Assembly (NCBI GenBank): GCA_029262355.1
Contig: JAJCZO010000264.1
Span: 19,257-83,256 of the forward strand
Source of the DNA: Deltaproteobacteria bacterium
Lineage (GTDB): Bacteria; Desulfobacterota; Binatia; UBA12015
DNA: 64,000 nt
Direction: 5' to 3'
The position numbers and the translations under genes were made by a program. Shown one piece after another: positions 15,670-23,181 of this stretch. The stretch's first letter is position 1. Each line of letters opens with the position of its first letter. The notes beneath the pieces are model-generated. The model made no database searches. It was not told the origin of the DNA and saw only the letters and a list, made by a program, of their open reading frames with translations.

Positions 15670-18663
15670 CTACCGGTTGGCGGTGTCGTCTTTCGAGCGC
15701 GGAGCGTTCTCGTCGAGCCATTCCTTCAGCTCGACGGCGGCCCGCTTGCGGAACTCTTCGTTCACGTCGAAGCGCTCCAAGGCGAGCTTGAGAGCGCGCG
15801 CCGCGGTCTCCACGGGGTTTTCCTTGAAGAAGGTCCCGACCTCCTTGCGATGCTCCTTGGACTGCAGCAGCGCCGTCGCTTCGATGAGGCGCGAGGCCAT
15901 CATCGGGGGCAGCCGGCCCGCGATCGTCTCCCAGTTCTTTTGAATGAAGGCCCAGGCGAGCGGCCGCGCGACCCGGTTCGAGAGGTACCGGATCAGAACG
16001 AATCCGACATCCTGGGTCGGAACCTCTGGTGTCATCGTGATGCCGAGGCCTTGCTCCATGGCGCGGGTTTGACGGAAATCGCCGAGTGCCAGTCGAAGCC
16101 GGCGCCGCTCCTGTGGTGTACGCGTGTTCTCGACCGCCCCGCGCATTCTCGTGAAGCGCTCATAGTCGCCCTCGCGCGCCGCGATGCTCACGAATGAGTC
16201 GGCGAGGTTCGGGTCGAGCGTCGTCGCGTCGTCGAGATACGCGTCGAGGCGAGTTGCTGCCTCGTCTGCGATTTCGCGGTTCTCGGCGAGAACGCCCACC
16301 AACCGGAACAGCGACGAACGGCGCAGGGCGCGCCCTTGCGGCTCGTCGGGTTCGGCATCCCAGCCCAGGTCGGCGCGTGCCGGACCGAAGCTGCGCTCCA
16401 GCCACGCCTGCAGCTGTTCGCGACATCCCGGACCGGCGGCATCCACGACCTGATCGTCGAGGAACGAGAGCGGGCCGAGCAGCGTGTCGAGCACTTCGTA
16501 CTCGTATTCGTCACGGCAGGCTTCGACGATGCTGAGGAAGCTCGAAAGCGGCGCGCGTCCGGCCCGGACGATGGCCCATTGGTGGCCGGCAAGCCCCATG
16601 CGTTCCACTGGCTCGAGGTAGGACTGGAAGTTCTCGGTGAGACGCGCGAGGCACTCGTCGTCGTGCTGCGGACGGTAGAAGCCCCCTTCCGCCGCGTTGC
16701 CGTAGTACCAGGGCGGAGCTTTGTCGCCTTTGATCTGGAACCGGTCGCGGGCCTTCTGCACGAGAGCGCGTTCGATGCGGGTTCCACGCGTCGGCTTCGG
16801 GACTTTGACGGCGAGCGGTAGCGGCCAGCTGTTCGCGCCACCGGCCGGGACCTTGGTCGTCGGACTGGCCTTGAACCGTTCCTGGCGCACCAGCAACTCG
16901 GAGCCGGGATTCTCTTCGTCGCGCGAGAAGTTCACGATCGGGAACCCGGGCTGCTTGATCCAGGCGCGAGCGATTTTCTCCACCGGCTGATTCGAAGCCT
17001 TCTCGAGTGCCTGCCAGAGGTCGGCCGCGACCGCGTTCGACTCTGCGTTCTTCGAGATGTACTGGCGGACGCCCTTTCGGAACTTGGTTGCGCCGAGGTG
17101 ACTCTCGAGCATCCGGACGACCGACGCGCCCTTCTCGTAGGTGATCGCGTCGAAGTTCTCCGTGGCCTGCGTGGCGCTGGCGACCTCTCCGTAGATCGGA
17201 TGCGTGTTCGCCAGCGCGTCCATGCCGAGCGCGGCGGACCGGTGCGGCTCGAAGTTGTTCCACATCCGCCACTCGGGCTTCCAGTCGTCGATGATCTTGA
17301 AGGCCATCCACGTAGCGAACGCTTCGTTCAGCCAGAGATCGTCCCACCATTTCATGGTGACGAGGTTTCCGAACCACATGTGGGCCAGCTCGTGGGCGAT
17401 GACCTCGGCGACCCGCTTCTGCTCGGCGACGGTGATCGTGTGCGGATCGACCAGCAGTAGGGTTTCGCGGAAGAAGACCGCGCCAGCGTTCTCCATCGCG
17501 CCTGCCTCGAAGTCGGGCACGGCGACCAGGTCGAGCTTTTCGTACGGGTAGGGGATGTTGAAGTACCGCTCGAGGCGCTGGAGCGACGCGATCGCGGTTT
17601 CGAGGGCGAACGTGGCCATGTTGGCCTTGCCGGGTACGTGCCAGACGCGAACCGGGACGGTGCCGAGATGGCGCTGCTCTTCGCTCTCCAACTCGCCCAC
17701 GGCGAGTGCGCAGAGGTAGGTCGACAGCAGAGGCGTCTGGGTGAAGTGCCAGGTCGTCGTGCCGTTCGTGTTGTGATCCGAACGACGGACCGGGTTGTTC
17801 GACACGACCGTCAGGCCGGAGCGAACCGTCACCGAGAACGTGAATCGCGCCTTCATGGCCGGCTCGTCGAAGCAGGGGAAGCAGCGTCGGGCGTCTGCCG
17901 CCTCGAACTGCGTGAACGCGTACCGTCGGTTACCGCTCTGGGCTGCGTAGAGACCGCGCAGGCGCTTCTGGAGGGTTCCGTGGTAGGCGATGCTCAGGGT
18001 GTACTGCCCCGGCGGTAGGGGCCGTGGGAAGCGAATCTCGACCGTTTCGCGGGCAGGGTGGGCCGTGAATTCGACGGCCTCGATCGGGCTCCGCGAGGCC
18101 GCGAAGCTCGGGTGGCGCGGGGTGCCGGCCGGCTTGATCTGGCCCTCACCCCGAGGGGTGATCTCGGCGCGGTCGAGTTCGATCTCGGTGGCGTGGACGT
18201 GAATGGCCGAGCGGCCCCGGTCGAGCGTGATCTCGATGATCTCCTCGCCGCGGAAGATGCCCCGGTTGAGGTCGGGCACCACGTGAACGTGGTAGGCCTC
18301 CGGTCGAACGTCCTCGGGCAGCCGATAGGAAGAGTCGCCGCGGCGCACGACCGGCGGCGTCGTGCGGGGCCCTCCCTTGGGGGGGCGGGCCGCACCGCGT
18401 CGGTTTGCGGCCTTCTTGGCAGCGGCCTTTTTGGCAGCGGCCTTCTGCGCCGGAGTCTTCTTGGCTAGTGACGGCTTCGCGGGAGCTTTCTTGACGCTTT
18501 GCGTCGTCGCATTCTGGGAAGCCTTCTTCGCCTTCTCGACGGTCCCCTTGGTGGCCTTCTTCGCGGTCTTGCCGGGGGCCGTCTTGCTCGTTTTCGGTTT
18601 GGCGCTCGCCTTGCGTCCGCTCGGCTTCGACGCGCCTCCCGAGGTTCTCCCGGATTCTCTCAA
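15670..18663 (-). CDS. pepN: M1-family aminopeptidase N with ~105-aa Lys/Ala/Pro-rich N-terminal extension
   Basis: 'GAMEN' and 'HELAHMWFGNLVTMKWWDDLWLNEAF' (HExxH-x18-E). The start is assigned to the TTG at 18663, preceded by GGAGGAGCACC. The longer track ORF (to 18939) would overlap the upstream lipoprotein gene, and its extra residues look non-coding. Confidence 0.88.
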   Translation of the reverse strand: MRESGRTSGGASKPSGRKASAKPKTSKTAPGKTAKKATKGTVEKAKKASQNATTQSVKKAPAKPSLAKKTPAQKAAAKKAAAKKAANRRGAARPPKGGPRTTPPVVRRGDSSYRLPEDVRPEAYHVHVVPDLNRGIFRGEEIIEITLDRGRSAIHVHATEIELDRAEITPRGEGQIKPAGTPRHPSFAASRSPIEAVEFTAHPARETVEIRFPRPLPPGQYTLSIAYHGTLQKRLRGLYAAQSGNRRYAFTQFEAADARRCFPCFDEPAMKARFTFSVTVRSGLTVVSNNPVRRSDHNTNGTTTWHFTQTPLLSTYLCALAVGELESEEQRHLGTVPVRVWHVPGKANMATFALETAIASLQRLERYFNIPYPYEKLDLVAVPDFEAGAMENAGAVFFRETLLLVDPHTITVAEQKRVAEVIAHELAHMWFGNLVTMKWWDDLWLNEAFATWMAFKIIDDWKPEWRMWNNFEPHRSAALGMDALANTHPIYGEVASATQATENFDAITYEKGASVVRMLESHLGATKFRKGVRQYISKNAESNAVAADLWQALEKASNQPVEKIARAWIKQPGFPIVNFSRDEENPGSELLVRQERFKASPTTKVPAGGANSWPLPLAVKVPKPTRGTRIERALVQKARDRFQIKGDKAPPWYYGNAAEGGFYRPQHDDECLARLTENFQSYLEPVERMGLAGHQWAIVRAGRAPLSSFLSIVEACRDEYEYEVLDTLLGPLSFLDDQVVDAAGPGCREQLQAWLERSFGPARADLGWDAEPDEPQGRALRRSSLFRLVGVLAENREIADEAATRLDAYLDDATTLDPNLADSFVSIAAREGDYERFTRMRGAVENTRTPQERRRLRLALGDFRQTRAMEQGLGITMTPEVPTQDVGFVLIRYLSNRVARPLAWAFIQKNWETIAGRLPPMMASRLIEATALLQSKEHRKEVGTFFKENPVETAARALKLALERFDVNEEFRKRAAVELKEWLDENAPRSKDDTANR

Positions 18664-18847
18664 GGTGCTCCTCCAGTGCTGGCAGATTTTTTGCCGTGCG
18701 CGGCGCGTCAGCGCAAGGGTTGGTGCGTCAACTCCTCGCCTCCGTGTCAGGGGAGAACAAGAGGCGAAAACGGAGATCTCGCCCACTGGGTGGGACGAAT
18801 TCCCGGCCGTGGCAGGTTCCGGACGGCCGTGATCAGCTTTTTTTCGT

Positions 18848-19201
18848 TCAGTGGTGCTTGTGCGCATCTGCGGCCGTTTGAGCCACATCTGCGCACGCGT
18901 CGGCCGCCGCTGCGACGCGATCGATCTTCGGGCCACCATGGCCCGCGCTGTTGTCGACGCGGACGAGGTCGCCCGGATGCACGTCGGGCAGGGCCGAGAA
19001 AAACAGTGAGGTGACGCCGCCGTCCAACCCGGGCGGAGCGGCGAAGGTCACCATTTTCATCTGGGGCTCGATGGAGACGACGCACATCTGGTCGCTCGTC
19101 GTGGTGGCGGGCTGATCGGACGTCGCGGCGCAGCCGCCGATCGTGATCGTGGCCAGCGCGGTGGAGGCGAGGCGACGGATCGTGTGGGTGGGGCGGGTCA
19201 T
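18848..19201 (-). CDS. small lipoprotein (hypothetical) with His-rich C-terminus
   Basis: Trimmed to the ATG at 19201, which overlaps the TGA of the upstream AKR gene (ATGA). The lipobox is 'ATITIGGC' and the C-terminal tail is 'AADAHKHH'. Confidence 0.6.
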   Translation of the reverse strand: MTRPTHTIRRLASTALATITIGGCAATSDQPATTTSDQMCVVSIEPQMKMVTFAAPPGLDGGVTSLFFSALPDVHPGDLVRVDNSAGHGGPKIDRVAAAADACADVAQTAADAHKHH

Positions 19202-20790
19202 ATCTGGCGGAGCCTCTCGTGGGCGCGGACCATCTTGGCCCGGATGGGTAGCTCGAAGGGGCACGATCCGGCGCACGGTGCGGGGCACTCCTCGCAGCCC
19301 GATGCATCGAGGCGGACACGGGACAGTGCGGCGTACTTGTCACGCGCCACGTCTCGGCGCCCGCGGTAGCCTTCGAAGTACATGTCGTAGCGGAGCACGG
19401 TGTTGATCGGGAGATCGCGCTCGCAGGAGTCCAAGCACGCGCCGCAGTGCGGCCGGCAGTAGTCGGCCGATGCGAGCCGGTCGTAGCGCTCGAGGAGCGC
19501 CTGATCGGTCGCGTGAGGTTTCGTGCCGGAGGCGTACAGATACTCGTCGCAGTGTTGGTCGTCGAAGAACGAGACCACCAGGCACGACACCGACGGATTG
19601 GACAGCACCCACCGGAAGGATGCTTGGGCATACGAGCCGGCATCGTTCTCGAAGCCCACCAGGTTCTCGGCCTTCGCGCCCTTCAGCGTCTTCATCGCGA
19701 CGACTCCGATGTCGTTGGTATGCGCGTCGTCGATGATCTGACCGATCTGAGGGAAGAGGCCGTGGTGATAGGCCAGCATCATCACGTCGAATCGATCGGA
19801 CGCGATGGCTTGTCGCGCGATCGGCTCTAGGTTCGGAGTATGGGTGCTCACTCCGAGGAAGCGCGCCTTTCCCTGCTCGCGAAGCCGATCGAACGCCTCG
19901 TGCAGGCCCGGCGCCATGAGGCGTTCCATCGCGTCGCACGAGTGGATGTGCACCAGGTCGAGGTAGTCCGTGTTCAGTCGCGTCAGGCTTCCCTCGACCG
20001 CGGCCATGATCTGCGCCACCGATGCATCGATTGGCATGTGACCGTCGGCCGTGCAGAACTTCGAGGCGAGGAACATCTTGTCTCGGCCGCCGGTCTCGCG
20101 AATGGCTTCGCCCAGAATCGTCTCGGATGTCGTGTGGGAGTAGTCGGGAGCCGTGTCGAAGTAGTTCACGCCGCGGTCGATCGCATGGATCGCCACCGCC
20201 TTGTCCTTGATTCGACCCGAGCCGAGCGAGATGTCGGAGACCATGGCCTCGGTGCGGCCGAGCCGCCGGTAGCTCTGAACCGTCGAGCCCGCCCATTCGG
20301 GCCGGCGCACGGGGTGGGTCTTTACGACGTCGCCGAAGAAGATGTTGGTCGCAATCGGTAGCCACTCGCGCTTGCCCGCGACGAGGCCGCCGACACCGGC
20401 GGTCGCGGCAGCGACGCCGCTCGCACCGACTGCGCCGGCGGCGGTGAGGAATCCGCGGCGGTCGGTGCCGCCGCGGGCGGCGCTGGTGCGCACCGGAGCA
20501 GGTTGGAAGAGCCAGGTCGGTTCCACTGTGCCGCAGGCGTCGCAGGTTGGGCGCCGCAGTCGGGTGAATCCGGCTACGAATGCCGCGCCGCCCAGCACGA
20601 GGGTGACGCCAGCAGCGGTCCGCGCCGGGGCGAACCCGTTCTCGACCCCCTCGAACATTCCGACCGCGAGCGGCGCCATCACGAAGAAGGCCACCGCGAA
20701 CGTCAGGGCCAGCAGGGCGAGTCGGACCGACCAACGTACCCGCGCCGGGGTGCGCTGGGTTTCCTTGCCGCATTCGGAACATTCGCGCAT
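19198..20790 (-). CDS. aldo/keto reductase with C-terminal Cys-rich (4Fe-4S-like) domain, internal twin-arginine motif and N-terminal 2-TM/CxxC extension
   Basis: The AKR core contains 'IDRGVNYFDTAPDYSHTTSETILGEAI'. The C-terminal Cys clusters are 'CRPHCGACLDSC' and 'CEECPAPCAGSCP'. 'TDRRGFLTAAGAVGASG' sits at residues 109-125. Residues 1-108 hold CSEC, two hydrophobic helices and CDAC. Confidence 0.85.
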   Translation of the reverse strand: MRECSECGKETQRTPARVRWSVRLALLALTFAVAFFVMAPLAVGMFEGVENGFAPARTAAGVTLVLGGAAFVAGFTRLRRPTCDACGTVEPTWLFQPAPVRTSAARGGTDRRGFLTAAGAVGASGVAAATAGVGGLVAGKREWLPIATNIFFGDVVKTHPVRRPEWAGSTVQSYRRLGRTEAMVSDISLGSGRIKDKAVAIHAIDRGVNYFDTAPDYSHTTSETILGEAIRETGGRDKMFLASKFCTADGHMPIDASVAQIMAAVEGSLTRLNTDYLDLVHIHSCDAMERLMAPGLHEAFDRLREQGKARFLGVSTHTPNLEPIARQAIASDRFDVMMLAYHHGLFPQIGQIIDDAHTNDIGVVAMKTLKGAKAENLVGFENDAGSYAQASFRWVLSNPSVSCLVVSFFDDQHCDEYLYASGTKPHATDQALLERYDRLASADYCRPHCGACLDSCERDLPINTVLRYDMYFEGYRGRRDVARDKYAALSRVRLDASGCEECPAPCAGSCPFELPIRAKMVRAHERLRQI

Positions 20791-20875
20791 GCCTCAAGAC
20801 GATGCTCTCCCGGGGGGCGGCTTGCAACTTTGGCCCGAGTTGCGCCGGACCGCCTCTCCTCAGTAGGCCGGTGGG

Positions 20876-21565
20876 ATGCGGTGGGTATCGGTGACGATGG
20901 GGGCGGTGGTCTTGGCGGGTTGCTTTTCGCAGCTGCGTGTCCCCCCGCTCGCGGCCGAGCCGCGCATCGAGGTCGAGCGCGCGGTCTTCGATTTCGGGGC
21001 CGTGCCGCTCGGGCGGGAAGTACGGCACGTCTTCGAGGTCGAGAATCGAGGACGAAAGCCGCTGACGCTCGTTCCCGGTCGGAGCGAATGTGCGTGCACG
21101 AGTACGGTCAGTCCGGGGGGCACCATTGCAGCCGGGGATTCCGGCTGGGTCGAGGTGGCCTTCGACACCAGTCGTGAAGCGGGCCCTCGCGTGCGCACGG
21201 TGACGGTCGAGACCAACGATCCCCAGACCCCGGAGCTCGTCCTCACAGTTCGGGGCACGGTCGTGGCCGACGTCACCATCGTGCCGGATCGGATCTTCTT
21301 CGGACGGGTGCCGATCGGCGTCTCGCGTGAGAGGACGATCGAGATCGAGACCGAGCCGGGAGTCCGGCTCTTGAAGGTGAAGAAGGACAGTCGGCGGTTT
21401 GACGTACGGGTGGTTGGCGCGCCCGCTCCCGAATCGGGCGTCCGGTTGCACGTGGTGCTCCATCCCAGCCGGCGGCGCGGGCCGTTCGACGATGAGGTGA
21501 TCGTGACCACGACGAGCGATCGTCAGCCTAGGGTCGTCGTGCCGGTGCTCGGCTTCATCGAGTAG
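20876..21565 (+). CDS. DUF1573-domain lipoprotein
   Basis: The lipobox is 'VVLAGC'. 'FDFGAVPLGREVRHVFEVENRGRKPLTLV...SECACTST...GDSGWVEVAFDT' matches the DUF1573 pattern, and a second related beta-domain follows. Confidence 0.8.
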   Translation: MRWVSVTMGAVVLAGCFSQLRVPPLAAEPRIEVERAVFDFGAVPLGREVRHVFEVENRGRKPLTLVPGRSECACTSTVSPGGTIAAGDSGWVEVAFDTSREAGPRVRTVTVETNDPQTPELVLTVRGTVVADVTIVPDRIFFGRVPIGVSRERTIEIETEPGVRLLKVKKDSRRFDVRVVGAPAPESGVRLHVVLHPSRRRGPFDDEVIVTTTSDRQPRVVVPVLGFIE

Positions 21566-21593
21566 CTCGACGCCCGCCTTCCCCGGCGCTACC

Positions 21594-22625
21594 TTGGTGC
21601 GCGTGTCGACCGTGTTCGAGATCCTGGTCTCGGTGCTGGCGGTGGTGCTCTTGTTCCTCGCATCGACGGTGTTCTTCGACCTGGTCCACTGGGCTCTGCA
21701 CCGTATGCTCACGAGTCGGTTCGGGCTTCTGCGAGTGCTCGCGTGGCCACACGCGATCCACCATCGCTGGATCGATCGAGGTCTGCGGGTGAATTGGCAG
21801 TATCAGCGGGCCAACGTCTGGTGTCATCTGGTGCTCGAGTACACGACGCACCTCGCGTTTACCGGCGCGCTTTTGGTCGTCTTGCCAACCGGGATTGCGG
21901 TCGGACTCGCCTCGATGCAGACGGCCGTGTTCCTCCTGCTGCTGCGCGATGGCGGGCTCGACCTGAACCACCGGCCCCAGCCGGTCGTCGAGGTCGCGCC
22001 CTCCACGGTGTTCTGTCCGATCGCCTACCACGCGATGCATCACGCATTCCCCGATGCGTACTTCAGCTCCTACGTGAAACTCGTCGACGTCGTGCTGGGA
22101 ACGGCGCTCGACCTGAAGTCGCTGCGCATCGGGCTCGCGGGCCGGGAGACCGCCTTCGCCAGGGGGCTGCGGGCACCGCTGCGCGCGGCGGGTGCCGTCG
22201 ACATCGTCGAGCTCGACTCGGCTCGCGGCATCAGCTGTGCCGACGTGGACGTTCTGGTCCTGTGCTCCTTCGACGCGGATCTCGCTTCGGAGGTCGAGGC
22301 GTACCTTCGGTCGAGCGGGGAACGTCAGTTGCCTCCCGAGGTCTGGGCGGTCGTAGATTCGCCGACGGACGCCGTCGCGCGCCACTATTTTCGGGATCGG
22401 CGTCTGCTCTTTCGTCCGATCCTCGTGCCGCAGGGTGCGGGCGCGACGGACGCGGTCATCCTCCGAGCCGCGCGCATCGCGGTTGCGTTCGTTCGGCGGG
22501 GCGCGCACCTGCCGCGCACCTCCCTGGTCGGGTTTCCGGCTCGTGCGTTCAAGCGCACTCGGCCCCAGCGTCCGCGCGGGGTGCCGGCGGTTCGTCTCCG
22601 CGCCGCGGAGATTCTCGCGGCGTAG
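21594..22625 (+). CDS. fatty-acid hydroxylase/sterol-desaturase-family membrane domain fused to Rossmann-like domain
   Basis: Histidine boxes 'HWALH', 'HAIHH' and 'HAMHH' lie in the hydrophobic N-terminal half. The C-terminal ~170 aa is soluble and alpha/beta-like. The start is ambiguous (TTG 21594 or GTG 21597). Confidence 0.7.
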   Translation: MVRVSTVFEILVSVLAVVLLFLASTVFFDLVHWALHRMLTSRFGLLRVLAWPHAIHHRWIDRGLRVNWQYQRANVWCHLVLEYTTHLAFTGALLVVLPTGIAVGLASMQTAVFLLLLRDGGLDLNHRPQPVVEVAPSTVFCPIAYHAMHHAFPDAYFSSYVKLVDVVLGTALDLKSLRIGLAGRETAFARGLRAPLRAAGAVDIVELDSARGISCADVDVLVLCSFDADLASEVEAYLRSSGERQLPPEVWAVVDSPTDAVARHYFRDRRLLFRPILVPQGAGATDAVILRAARIAVAFVRRGAHLPRTSLVGFPARAFKRTRPQRPRGVPAVRLRAAEILAA

Positions 22626-22668
22626 AGCCGACGAGGCCCGCTCGTGCACCGCCGTGCACCGCGGGGCG

Positions 22669-23073
22669 CTATGCCTTTTTCGGCTTCGCGCGCGAGCGGG
22701 ACTTCGCGCGGCCACTCGTCGAGGCCTTCTTTCGCGCCGCCTTCTTGCGGCGCTGTGCGCCTTCGAGCTCCTCGCCGAGCGCGTCGAGGCGGGACGCGAT
22801 CGAATGAAGCCCCTTGGCGAGGTCTCCGACGCGACTTTCCATCATACCGACCTTGCGCTCGAGCTGATCCTCGTCGCCCTGCAGGCTGTCGCCCTGAACG
22901 TCGACGATGCGCCCCAACCGCCCGACGAGACCGACGAGAGCTTCGAGCTGCCCACTGGCGCGCTCGACGTGATCGCCCGTCGCACCGATCCGGTCGCCAA
23001 GCTCTCCGATGCGCTTCTCGAGGCGACGAATCCGCTCTGCGAGCAGATCGCGGGTTTCGGCACGTGGGGCCAT
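22669..23073 (-). CDS. coiled-coil protein with Lys/Arg-rich C-terminal tail (hypothetical)
   Basis: 134-aa ORF with repetitive 'L-x-x-R-I-G-x-L' heptads and the tail 'QRRKKAARKKASTSGRAKSRSRAKPKKA'. Confidence 0.55.
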   Translation of the reverse strand: MAPRAETRDLLAERIRRLEKRIGELGDRIGATGDHVERASGQLEALVGLVGRLGRIVDVQGDSLQGDEDQLERKVGMMESRVGDLAKGLHSIASRLDALGEELEGAQRRKKAARKKASTSGRAKSRSRAKPKKA

Positions 23074-23181
23074 CAGTCCGTCGCCGTCTCGATCGGAGCT
23101 GGGCTAGAGGCGTTGGTGCTGTTGTGACGATCGTGCACTGGGCAAGAGCATTATCAGCGGCGATGCTACAGCGACAAGCGG

